DNA of 26,053 bases from Anaerolineae bacterium. GTDB lineage: Bacteria; Chloroflexota; Anaerolineae; S140-20. A program made the translations under genes and the position numbers. Of the stretch, positions 16,156 through 25,408 are shown one piece after another (position 1 is the stretch's first letter; each line of letters starts with the position of its first letter). The DNA lies in NCBI GenBank assembly GCA_027021705.1, contig JALUTT010000139.1, positions 1-26,053 of the forward strand, in the 5' to 3' direction. The notes under the pieces are model-generated. The model had not been told where the DNA came from. It was given only the letters and a program-made list of their open reading frames with translations, and made no database searches.

Positions 16156-19131
16156 ATGCGTACCCTCCAAGACATACTCACCGACCTTCCCTTCGCCGAC
16201 CTGCCTCCCGCCTGGCAGGACCACGACCTGGTGGCCTTTTCGCCGACCAAGCGGCTGTGGGACTACCAGCAGGAGGCGCTGCAATACGCCCTCAACGCCC
16301 TCTGGAAGTATTATGAGGACTTCCGGGACTATGCAGAAGGTGAACCGGAGGCGGCCAACGCCGAGCGCAAGGAGCGCCTTTGGGCGTGGTACCGGGACAA
16401 CGGGCTGGAGGCGAATCTAGACATCCCGCTGAAAAAACAAAAACGGGATGTACGCGCCCTGCTGGAGGCGTACTATCCTGCCGAAGACGGCCACATCCCC
16501 TACCGTCACTTGGTCAACCGCATGGGCTTCTGGATGGCCACGGGGAGCGGCAAGAGCTTGGTGCTCATCAAACTCATCGAAGTCCTCTGGCGCCTGATGC
16601 GGCGTGGGGAAATCCCGGCATATCCGGTCTTGGTCCTCACCGCCCGTGACGATCTCCTGGCGCAACTCAAGGCTCATGTAGGAGAATTCAACACAGGCCG
16701 CACCGACTTCCGCATCCACCTGGAAGACCTCAAAGCCTACCCGGAGCGGCGGCGCATGTTCCTCCCCCTGGTGGGCGAGCACGAACTCACCGTCTTCTTC
16801 TACCGGGCCGACAACCTGAGCGTGGAGCAAAAAGAGCGCATCGTTGACTTTCGTAACTATGAGAACAACGGGCGCTGGTACGTGCTCCTGGATGAGGCGC
16901 ACAAAGGGGACCGCGAGGACTCCAAGCGCCAGCACATCTACAGCATCCTATCCCGCCGTGGCTTCCTCTTCAACTTCTCGGCCACTTTCACCGACCCGCG
17001 GGATCTTCTGACCACGGTCTACAACTTTAACCTCTCCGAGTTTGTGCGGGCCGGCTACGGCAAGCACATTGCCATCCTCAAGCAGGAAAACCGTGCGTTT
17101 AAGGACAAGGAGGACTACACGGGGACGGAGAAGCAGCGTGTGGTGCTCAAGGCCCTGCTCATATTGGCCTATGCTCGGAAGGCGCAGGAGACCTCGCCTT
17201 CTGAGCAAAAGACATACCATCGGCCCCTCATGCTCACCCTGGTCAACTCGGTCAATACGAGAGACGCCGACCTGAAGCTCTTCTTCCGCGAACTGAAGCG
17301 CATCGGGCAGGGGCATATAAACGAACAGGTGTGGGAGCAGGCTCGGAAAGAACTGTGGGCGGAGCTGGCCGAGGGCCCCGAATGGCTGTTCGAGGGACAA
17401 CGCTTTCAAGCCGACCAAGCCCTCTTTGACGGCATCACCCAGGAAGAACTGCTCCGTCTGGTCTACAACGCTTCCACTCCCGGCGACATCGAAGTTCTCT
17501 TGCGGCCTTCCAATCGTCAGGAGATGGCCTTCAAACTCAAAAGCGCCGACCAGCCCTTCGCCCTCATCAAGATCGGCGACATTTCGAAATGGCTTAGAGA
17601 GGAACTGGAGGGCTATGAGGTCATCGAAGGCTACGAAGATGAAGGCTTCTTCCGCCGCCTGAACGAGGAAGATTCACCCATCAACATCCTCATGGGCTCC
17701 CGCACCTTCTACGAGGGATGGGACTCCAACCGCCCCAACGTGATCACCTACATCAGCATCGGCACCGGAACCGAAGCGAAGAAATTCATTCTGCAATCGG
17801 TGGGGCGAGGCGTGCGTATCGAGCCCTTACCCGGCAAGCGCCGGCGTTTGCTTTCACTCTACAACGCCGGAGATGTGGATGAGGCCACGTTCCAGGCCCT
17901 GAAGGGCCGGGTTACTGCGCTGGAAACCCTCTTCATCTTCGGTACCAACCGCAACGCGCTGCAAACCGTCATCAAGCAACTGGACCAGGAGAAACGCCGG
18001 GAGGCCGAGCACGAACTGGTGCTTCAGGTGAACGATGACGCAGTGGGAGGACGCCCTTTGCTCATCCCGGTTTACCGGGAGGCCGGGCACCTAATCGTGG
18101 AGAAGCGCGGACCGCGCAAGTTTGAGATCGCTCAAGACGAACTGGAACAACTGAAGCAGTATGTGGACTATCTTGCCGACCCGCGGTTGCTGGTTGTTCG
18201 GCACAACGCCTCACCGCAAGACATTGCTCTGCTCACCCGATGTCTGGAGCATCGGGAGGACTACTTCAACGTCTACAACGGAAGGCGGTACGGACGGCTG
18301 GACATTCTGCTGCCGCGCCTCTTTGCCTACTTCAAGATCATCCCGCAGGAGGCCGATGGCTTGAAGCCTCTGGAAGACGAAATTCGCCACTTCCGGCATA
18401 TTAGGGTGTTCCTGAAGGATATCGGCGATTTGCAGACCAAAATCCGAGGGGTGCAGTCGTACAAGGACCCCGCCGAGGAGCGGAAGCTCTTGATAAAGAG
18501 CCTGCAGCAGATGCAAATCTCCCCGGAGGAGTTCCAGCGGCGCTATGACGAACTGAGCAAGCGGAAGCCTGTGGAGGTGTTCGAACACCGAGGGCAGAAA
18601 TTGCAGATCCGTCACGTAGCTCGCCACTACTACCTTCCCCTGCTCGTTTCAGAACGCGAACGCATTGACTGGATCCGGCATGTGATCCGTCATCCCAGCG
18701 AAGTGCGATTTCTCGAGGATCTGGAGAAGTATCTGGACCAGGAGGGGAACGCCTTCGCCGACCTGGATTGGTGGGCATTTAGCAAGATCGATGAGAGCCT
18801 GGACGAGGTCTACATCCCCTACTACGATCCCCAAAGCAATCGCATCCGTCGGTTCTTGCCGGACTTCATCTTCTGGTTGCAGAAAGGGGACCAATACGCC
18901 GTTGTTTTCGTGGACCCCAAGGGGATGCAGCAAACCGACTACCAGTACAAGGTGGATAGCTACCGGGATCTCTTCCGGGATAAGGCAGGGGGGCTGGAGG
19001 TTTTCCACCACAACGGCCTCATCGCGCGTGTCCACCTGCTGCTGTATACCGATGATGCCAACCGTGCCCCGGCCGGCTATCGTGAGTACTGGTTTGATCG
19101 TCCCGAGGCCATCCCCAAACGGTTGGAGTGA
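16156..19131 (+). CDS. res: Type III R-M restriction subunit (SF2 helicase-like ATPase plus PD-(D/E)xK nuclease)
   Basis: MATGSGKS, LDEAHK, FSAT, EGWD, QSVGRGVR and C-terminal 'FLPDFIFW...FVDPKG'. SD AGGAG upstream. Confidence 0.92.
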   Translation: MRTLQDILTDLPFADLPPAWQDHDLVAFSPTKRLWDYQQEALQYALNALWKYYEDFRDYAEGEPEAANAERKERLWAWYRDNGLEANLDIPLKKQKRDVRALLEAYYPAEDGHIPYRHLVNRMGFWMATGSGKSLVLIKLIEVLWRLMRRGEIPAYPVLVLTARDDLLAQLKAHVGEFNTGRTDFRIHLEDLKAYPERRRMFLPLVGEHELTVFFYRADNLSVEQKERIVDFRNYENNGRWYVLLDEAHKGDREDSKRQHIYSILSRRGFLFNFSATFTDPRDLLTTVYNFNLSEFVRAGYGKHIAILKQENRAFKDKEDYTGTEKQRVVLKALLILAYARKAQETSPSEQKTYHRPLMLTLVNSVNTRDADLKLFFRELKRIGQGHINEQVWEQARKELWAELAEGPEWLFEGQRFQADQALFDGITQEELLRLVYNASTPGDIEVLLRPSNRQEMAFKLKSADQPFALIKIGDISKWLREELEGYEVIEGYEDEGFFRRLNEEDSPINILMGSRTFYEGWDSNRPNVITYISIGTGTEAKKFILQSVGRGVRIEPLPGKRRRLLSLYNAGDVDEATFQALKGRVTALETLFIFGTNRNALQTVIKQLDQEKRREAEHELVLQVNDDAVGGRPLLIPVYREAGHLIVEKRGPRKFEIAQDELEQLKQYVDYLADPRLLVVRHNASPQDIALLTRCLEHREDYFNVYNGRRYGRLDILLPRLFAYFKIIPQEADGLKPLEDEIRHFRHIRVFLKDIGDLQTKIRGVQSYKDPAEERKLLIKSLQQMQISPEEFQRRYDELSKRKPVEVFEHRGQKLQIRHVARHYYLPLLVSERERIDWIRHVIRHPSEVRFLEDLEKYLDQEGNAFADLDWWAFSKIDESLDEVYIPYYDPQSNRIRRFLPDFIFWLQKGDQYAVVFVDPKGMQQTDYQYKVDSYRDLFRDKAGGLEVFHHNGLIARVHLLLYTDDANRAPAGYREYWFDRPEAIPKRLE

Positions 19132-19133
19132 TG

Positions 19134-19217
19134 GCCTAACACCCGCTCCAGTCGCCCCGCTCCCCTTGGCTGCTCCGCTCCCTGGCTTTATGGCGCGGCC
19201 GAAGTTCATCGGTAGGA
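19134..19217 (+). other. Degenerate attC-like recombination site (84 bp)
   Basis: R'' GCCTAAC lies 2 nt after the res stop, then a 5-nt spacer, arm CTCCAGTCGCCCC, a central region, arm GGCGCGGCCGAAG, a 6-nt spacer and R' GGTAGGA (non-consensus). The arms pair at 9/13 positions, or 11/13 with G-T pairs on the bottom strand. Top strand is C-rich. Confidence 0.55.
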
Positions 19218-19253
19218 TCGTGTCCGTGAGTGAAATGAGAAAGGAGAGCCCTG

Positions 19254-20573
19254 ATGCCGGAAACTGCGTGGCCTTATCCCCTCATCGAGCGTGGCAGCAA
19301 GGTCGGCGTCCACGCCATTCGCTCCAACCGGGTCACCGAGTTCGCCCGGGCGCTGGCCGCTGGCGGTGCTGCCTTCCCCGTCGTCAAGGCGGTGGACGAC
19401 CTGGGGTGGCTGCCCCAGATCAAGGCGATCAGCCCCCGGACGGTGATCGTCGCCCGGCAGACCTCCCGCTACGAGGGCTGCGAGCGGGTGGGCGACCCCT
19501 CGACCGACCTGGATGAGATGGCCGACAACTTGGTCGGCGTCATCCTGGAGAAACTGCAGAGGCACCCCGATCTGCGGGACGTGGTGGACTACTGGGAGAT
19601 CTCCAACGAGCCCGACCCGCCGGGGGCCGAGGGATACCGGCGCTTGGCCCTGCTGATGATCAAGTGCATGGAGCGGGCCGAGGCGGAGGGGCTGAAGCTG
19701 GGCCTCTTCGGCCTCAACGCCGGGACGCCCGAATGGCCGGAGATCGAGGCGATGGTGGAGACGGGTGTCTTCGGACGCGCCCGCCGGGGCGGGCACATCT
19801 TGACGCTGCACGAGGGCGTCTTCGGCAACGTGCCCATTGACCGGTGGTGGGGCGACCTGATCCCCGGCGCGCCCCGGGTCGAGGGGGCCGGAGCCCTCTG
19901 CTTCCGCTACCGCTACCTCTACCACCTGCTCCGGCAGCGGGGCGAGGTGATCCCCCTGGTCGTCAGTGAGTTCTACGCCGGCGGTGGCTACGCCCAGGAC
20001 GGCGTCGCGCCGGAGGCGATCGTGGAACGGATGGCCTGGTACGACGAGAAGGCGCGGCAGGACTACTGGGTCCTGGCCTTCTGCCCCTTCACCCTGGGAC
20101 CGGTGGGGCAGTGGGTGAACACCGACTACGAGTTCGTCTACCCGGCGCTGGTGGACTACATGCTCACGGTGAAGGAGAAGCCCAACGGGCAGCCCGAGGC
20201 GGTGGCCCCGACGCCGACGCCGGAGGAGCCGCCGGCCGAGGAGCCCGAGGAGGAGCCCCAGGAGAGCCCCCGGCGAGGAGCCCCGCGCGTCCAGTACCGG
20301 CGCACCTACGTCCTGCTGCCGCCCGATGCCGACAGCACCTGGGCGCGGGCCGTGGTGGAGGCGACCTGGGATGAGCGCCGCTTCACCGTGGGGAGCAGTG
20401 CCGACGACGCGGGCATCGGCGACCTGGACGACCGGACGGTGATCGCCGTCAACCCCTCCCGCTGGCCGACGGACCTGAAAACCTTCTTCGACACCTACTA
20501 TCCGGGAGTGCGCTACATCCCCGTGGAGGCCGCCACGCCGGCCCAACTGGTCAGCCGGCTGCGGGCTTTGTAG
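19254..20573 (+). CDS. Hypothetical protein with clan GH-A-like TIM-barrel motifs, an acidic Pro/Glu linker and a small C-terminal domain
   Basis: 'YWEISNEP' and 'LVVSEF' resemble the GH-A acid/base and nucleophile motifs. SD AAGGAG upstream; host-like codon usage; no signal peptide. Confidence 0.7.
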   Translation: MPETAWPYPLIERGSKVGVHAIRSNRVTEFARALAAGGAAFPVVKAVDDLGWLPQIKAISPRTVIVARQTSRYEGCERVGDPSTDLDEMADNLVGVILEKLQRHPDLRDVVDYWEISNEPDPPGAEGYRRLALLMIKCMERAEAEGLKLGLFGLNAGTPEWPEIEAMVETGVFGRARRGGHILTLHEGVFGNVPIDRWWGDLIPGAPRVEGAGALCFRYRYLYHLLRQRGEVIPLVVSEFYAGGGYAQDGVAPEAIVERMAWYDEKARQDYWVLAFCPFTLGPVGQWVNTDYEFVYPALVDYMLTVKEKPNGQPEAVAPTPTPEEPPAEEPEEEPQESPRRGAPRVQYRRTYVLLPPDADSTWARAVVEATWDERRFTVGSSADDAGIGDLDDRTVIAVNPSRWPTDLKTFFDTYYPGVRYIPVEAATPAQLVSRLRAL

Positions 20574-21802
20574 CACCGGCCTGAAGCGCCGATGCTGGGA
20601 GGGGGGTACGAAGCCGGCGCCGTCGGTTCACGGCGATGCGTGGCACGACGCGCTGACCGAGGACGTGGGGGGCTATCCAGCTTTTTCCCTTGCCCCTGGT
20701 GTCCTTGGTGTCCTTCGTGGGCTTTGTGGTAGGCGGCACCGGCCTGAAGCGCCGGTGCTGGGGGAGGTACGAAGCCGGCGCCGTCGGTTCACGGCGATGC
20801 GCGAGACGACGCGCTGACCGAGGACGTGGAAGGCCATCCGGCTTTTTTCCCTGCCCTTGGTGTCCTTGGTGTCCTGCGTGGGCTTTGTGGTAGGCGGCAC
20901 CGGCCTGAAGCGCCGATGCTGGGAGGGGGGTACGAAGCCGGCGCCGTCGGTTCACGGCGATGCGTGGCACGACGCGCTGACCGAGGACATGGGGGGCTAT
21001 CCAGCTTTTTCCCTTGCCCCTGGTGTCCTTGGTGTCCTTCGTGGGCTTTGTGGTAGGCGGCACCGGCCTGAAGCGCCGGTGCTGGGGGGGTGGAAGGCTG
21101 TCCGGCTTTTTCCCCTGCCCTTGGTGTCCTTGGTGTCCTTCGTGGGCTTTGTGGTAGGCGGCACCGGCCTGAAGCGCCGGTGCTGGGGGGATACGCGCCC
21201 AGCGCCGTCGGGTTCACGGCGGCGTGCGGGCACGACGCGCTGACCGAGGACGTGGCAGGCCATCCGGCTTTTTTCCCTGCCCTTGGTGTCCTTGGTGTCC
21301 TGCGTGGGCTTTGTGGTAGGCGGCACCGGCCTGAAGCGCCGGTGCTGGGAGGTACGAAGCCGGCGCCGTCGGTTCACGGCGATGCGCGAGACGACGCGCT
21401 GACCGAGGACGTGGAAGGCCATCCAGCTTTTTTCCTGCCCTTCGTGTCCTTGGTGTCCTGCGTGGGCTTTGTGGTAGGCGGCACCGGCCTGAAGCGCCGG
21501 TGCTGGGGGGATACGCGCCCAGCGCCGTCGGGTTCACGGCGGCGTGCGGCACGACGCGCTGACCGAGGACGTGGCAGGCCATCCAGCTTTTTCCCCTACC
21601 CTTGGTGTCCTTGGTGTGCTTCGTGGGCTTTGTGGTAGGCCGCACCGGCCTGAAGCGCCGGTGCTGGGGGAGGTACGAAGCCGGCGCTGTTGGTTCACGG
21701 CGGCGTGCGGCACGACGCGCTGACCGAGGACGTGGAAGGCTATCGGGCTTTTTCCCCTGCCCTTGGTGTCCTTGGTGTCCTTCGTGGGCTTTGTGGTAGG
21801 CC
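20573..21802. repeat. Non-coding tandem array of eight ~161-bp palindrome-containing (REP/BIME-like) units
   Basis: GCACCGGC-CTGAAGC-GCCG(G/A)TGC hairpin at 20573, 20736, 20897, 21060, 21161, 21323, 21481 and 21642. The fourth unit is only 101 bp. Confidence 0.95.
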
Positions 21803-21856
21803 ACGGCGGCGCGCGCCTCCGCGTCTCTGCGTTTCAGCGATTCCAGGTTAGAAGCT

Positions 21857-23518
21857 ATGGCCGCCGGAAAACCGCGCAATCCTTCCCTCTCCATCGCTCC
21901 CCGCACGGCTTCGGGGAGTTCCACCATTTGGCTTTGGGCGCTTCTCCTGCCGGCGCTCGTCCTGGTCGCCTGCCGGCTCACGACACCGGCGGCCACGCCC
22001 ATCCCCACCGCTGTGCCCCCCTCTCCCACGCCCTTGCCGACGGCAACGCTCCCACCTCCCAGCCCCACCCCTTCGCCTCCGCCGTCGCCGACGCCGCCCG
22101 CCCCCCCGGGGACGCCGGCACCCCTCAGCACCGACCCGGCCCTCTACGCGCCGGCGATGCGCCCCGCCTTCGCTGCCGACGTCACCCACTTCCTCACCGG
22201 CACCCTCTACGCCATAGACCTCACCCTCACCTTCGACCCGCCCCAGGTCGAAGGCCGCCAGTGGGTGCGCTACATCAACCAGGAGCAAGTGCCCCTCACC
22301 GAGCTCTACCTGCGCCTCTTCCCCAACACGCCGGCCTACGGTGGGCAGATGCAGGTGACCGAGCTCACGCTGAACGGCCAGGCCGTCGAGCCCGTCACGG
22401 AACTGGAGGGCTCTGCGCTGCGCCTGCCCTTGGACCCACCCCTCCCCCCCGGCCAGGCCGTCACGCTGACGATGGCCTTCCAGGTGACCGTGCCCGAGGA
22501 GACGACGGCCGGCTACGGCCAGTTCTCCTACAGCGAGGGAGTGATGGCCCTGCCCAACGTCTACCCCCTCATCCCCGTCTACGACGACGAGGGGTGGAAC
22601 GTGGAGATCGCGCCCGCCATCGGGGACGCCGTCTACTCCGACACTGCTCTCTACCGGGTCTGGGTCACGGCGCCGGCCCGCACCCAGATCGCCACCTCGG
22701 GCACCTGCGGACCGCCCCGGCCCCTGGACGGCGACCGAGCCCGATGGACCTGCGTCAGCGGGCCGATGCGTGACTTCGTTGTCATCGCCGGCCCCGACTA
22801 TCAGGTCCTTTCCACCCAGGTGGACGGCGTACAGGTCAACAGCTACTTCCTGCCCGGCGACGAGGCCGGAGGACGGCAGGTGCTGGAGACGGCGGCGGCC
22901 GCCCTTCGGGACTTCGATCGGTGGTTCGGCCCCTACCCCTTCGCCGAGCTGGACGTGGTGGAGACGCCGACGACGGCCGGCGGCATCGAGTACCCCGGCC
23001 TCGTGGTCATCGCCGAGGACCTCTACGGGGGCTCCCGGGGCCGCTTCGACTTCTTCCGCTGGGCCACGGCCCACGAGGTGGCCCACCAATGGTGGTACAG
23101 CTTGGTGGGCAACGACCAGGTGGACGAGCCCTGGCTGGACGAGGCCCTGGCCCAGTACAGCACCTACCTCTTCTTCGAGGACGTGGAGGGCGAGGAGGAG
23201 GCGGAGCGGATCAAAGAAGTCTACTTCGAGGAGCCCTACCAGGCGGTGGTGCAGGCGGGGGAGGACCAGCCGGTGGGGCAGCCGGTCTCCGCCTTCAGCC
23301 CGGAGGGCTACGGCCTCATCGTCTACCAGAAAGGCCCCCTCTTCTTCGACGCCCTGCGCCAGGCGGCCGGCGACGAGGGCTTCCTCACCATCCTGCGCAC
23401 CTACTTCCGGCAGAACCGCTACGGCATCGCCACGCCGGAGGCGTTGCTGGCCGCCGCCCGTCAGGTGCTCGGTGAGGAGGAGGTCCAGGCCCTCTACGAG
23501 GCCTGGATCCTGAAGTAG
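21857..23518 (+). CDS. M1-family zinc metallopeptidase, predicted lipoprotein
   Basis: Lipobox LVAC, Pro/Thr linker, GGIEYPG, HEVAHQWW followed by WLDEALAQY (HEXXH-18-E), and YQKG. Confidence 0.92.
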   Translation: MAAGKPRNPSLSIAPRTASGSSTIWLWALLLPALVLVACRLTTPAATPIPTAVPPSPTPLPTATLPPPSPTPSPPPSPTPPAPPGTPAPLSTDPALYAPAMRPAFAADVTHFLTGTLYAIDLTLTFDPPQVEGRQWVRYINQEQVPLTELYLRLFPNTPAYGGQMQVTELTLNGQAVEPVTELEGSALRLPLDPPLPPGQAVTLTMAFQVTVPEETTAGYGQFSYSEGVMALPNVYPLIPVYDDEGWNVEIAPAIGDAVYSDTALYRVWVTAPARTQIATSGTCGPPRPLDGDRARWTCVSGPMRDFVVIAGPDYQVLSTQVDGVQVNSYFLPGDEAGGRQVLETAAAALRDFDRWFGPYPFAELDVVETPTTAGGIEYPGLVVIAEDLYGGSRGRFDFFRWATAHEVAHQWWYSLVGNDQVDEPWLDEALAQYSTYLFFEDVEGEEEAERIKEVYFEEPYQAVVQAGEDQPVGQPVSAFSPEGYGLIVYQKGPLFFDALRQAAGDEGFLTILRTYFRQNRYGIATPEALLAAARQVLGEEEVQALYEAWILK

Positions 23519-23561
23519 CCACCCCACGCAACCCGTAACACGCCACACGCCGAGGTGATCC

Positions 23562-25142
23562 GTGACCTCTGATCCTGTCATCTTGGACGGCGAGAGCCTG
23601 GTCCTAGAAGATGTCATCGCCGTGGCTCGAGGGGCCCCGGTGGCCCTGGATCCGGCGGCCCTGCCCCGCATCGAACGCGCCTACCAAGCCGTGGAGGCGT
23701 GGGTGGAGCAGGGGGCCGTGGCTTACGGCATCACCACCGGCTTCGGAGCCTTCAAGGACCGGCTGATCCCCCCCGACCGGGTGCTGGAGCTCCAGCGCAA
23801 CCTGGTGCGCAGCCACGCCGCCGGCGTGGGCCGCCCGATGGACGAGCCGACCACCCGCGCTATGCTCCTCATCCGGGCCAACACCCTGGCCAAGGGCTAC
23901 TCCGGCGTCCGCCCGGTGCTGGTCGAGACCCTCATCGAGATGCTCAACCGGGGCGTCCATCCCCTCATCCCCCGCCAGGGATCCCTGGGGGCCAGCGGCG
24001 ACCTGGCCCCTCTGGCCCACCTGGCCCTGGTGGTGATGGGCGAGGGGGAGGCGGTCTACCGGGGGGAGCGGATGTCCGGGGGGGGGGCGATGCGCCGGGC
24101 CGGCCTCACCCCCCTCGTCCTCCAGGCCAAGGAGGGGCTGGCTCTGGTCAACGGCACTGCCCAGATGACGGCCATCGGTGTGATGGCCACCTACCGGGCG
24201 GAGAACCTGGCCCGGGCGGCGGACATCGCCGGGGCCCTTAGCCTGGAGGCAATGTACGGCACGCCGGCTGCCTTCGACCCTCGGCTCCACGCCGTCCGGC
24301 CTCACCCCCGCCAGATGGACAGCGCCCGCTACCTGAACCGCCTCCTGGAGGGGAGCACCTTCACCCGCCCCCACGACCCCTACAACATCCAGGACGCCTA
24401 CAGCCTGCGCTGCATGCCCCAGGTCCACGGCGCGGTGCGCGACGCCATCGCCTACGCCCGCTGGGTCCTGGAGATCGAGCTGAACGCGGCCACCGACAAC
24501 CCTCTCATCTTCGTGGACGAGGAGGGGCGGGCGGAGATCATCTCCGGCGGCAACTTCCACGGCGAGCCGGTGGCCATCGCGATGGACTACCTGACCATCG
24601 CCCTGACGGAGCTGGGGAACATCAGCGAGCGGCGGGTGGCCCGGCTGGTGGACCCCTCGGCCAACGGGGGGCTGCTCCCCCCTTTCCTGACCCGGCACGG
24701 TGGGCTGGAGAGCGGCTTTATGCTGGCCCAGTACACGGCCGCCGCCCTCTGCTCCGAGAACAAGGCCCTCGCCCACCCGGCCAGCATTGACACCATCCCT
24801 ACCTCGGCCAACATCGAGGACCACGTGAGCCTGGGGCCGGTGGCCGCCCGGCAGGCCCGCCGGGTACTGGAGCACGTGGAGACCATCGTGGGCATCGAGC
24901 TCCTCTGCGCCGCCCAGGCCGTGGACTTCCGCCGGGAGGCGCTGGGGCCGGAGGCCCGGTTGGGCCGGGGGACGGAGGCCGCCTACCGCCTCATCCGCTG
25001 GCGGATCCCCTTCCTGGAGCAGGATACCGTGCTGGCCCCCCTCATCGAGAGGGCGCGGGAGTTGGTGGTGAGCGGTGAGTTGGTCGCCGCCGTCGAGGAG
25101 GCCCTAGGTGAGTCCGGCCCGGACCGGGAAGGTCCGGGCTGA
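23562..25142 (+). CDS. hutH: Histidine ammonia-lyase
   Basis: YGITTGFG, LVRSHAAG, MIO motif GSLGASGDLAPL, KEGLALVNGT, QDAYSLRC.PQVHGA, GGNFHGEP, EDHVS. Confidence 0.95.
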   Translation: MTSDPVILDGESLVLEDVIAVARGAPVALDPAALPRIERAYQAVEAWVEQGAVAYGITTGFGAFKDRLIPPDRVLELQRNLVRSHAAGVGRPMDEPTTRAMLLIRANTLAKGYSGVRPVLVETLIEMLNRGVHPLIPRQGSLGASGDLAPLAHLALVVMGEGEAVYRGERMSGGGAMRRAGLTPLVLQAKEGLALVNGTAQMTAIGVMATYRAENLARAADIAGALSLEAMYGTPAAFDPRLHAVRPHPRQMDSARYLNRLLEGSTFTRPHDPYNIQDAYSLRCMPQVHGAVRDAIAYARWVLEIELNAATDNPLIFVDEEGRAEIISGGNFHGEPVAIAMDYLTIALTELGNISERRVARLVDPSANGGLLPPFLTRHGGLESGFMLAQYTAAALCSENKALAHPASIDTIPTSANIEDHVSLGPVAARQARRVLEHVETIVGIELLCAAQAVDFRREALGPEARLGRGTEAAYRLIRWRIPFLEQDTVLAPLIERARELVVSGELVAAVEEALGESGPDREGPG

Positions 25143-25363
25143 GAGGGGCGAAGCCCTACGGGCTGGGGGAGTCTAGCTCCCCCTAGGGGGCTCCCGCTCT
25201 TTCAGCGCGGAGGTTCGGCCTTGCGTGGACGGTGGGAGCGCATCCTCCGCCGATGTCGGCCGCCCGGCGGTCGGTGGCGGAGCGTTCCCCAGGCCGGTTT
25301 GGGTGAGGGCCGTCCACAGATAGGACACAAGTGCACGGATACGTGGATCCCAGGGCCCCTCCC

Positions 25364-25392
25364 TTGCGTCGGAGCGGGGATGATGTTACAAT
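25364..25392 (+). promoter_or_regulatory. Putative sigma70 promoter, copy 1
   Basis: TTGCGT, 17 bp, TACAAT with extended -10 TG. Confidence 0.6.
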
Positions 25393-25408
25393 TCCCGGCA
25401 GCGCCGGC

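Larger units (their letters stand above)
9527..19211 (+). mobile_element. Putative giant integron gene cassette / defence island (9685 bp)
   Basis: Begins at the GTTRRRY core G|TTAGGC (9526). 9524-9536 is the perfect reverse complement of 19130-19142. An attC-like site follows the last stop codon. GC is visibly lower than the flanks. No internal attC seen. Confidence 0.6.

Noticed and set aside
9525..19141. Transposon with TGT...ACA terminal inverted repeats
   Set aside because: The 13-bp inverted match could be read this way, but there is no target duplication at those ends (AATCG vs CCCGC) and no transposase. The attC-like arm continuing beyond 19142 fits a cassette better.
20573..21802. 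CRISPR array or attC cassette array
   Set aside because: Variable parts are recurring alleles rather than unique spacers; there are no RYYYAAC/GTTRRRY boxes or cassette ORFs.
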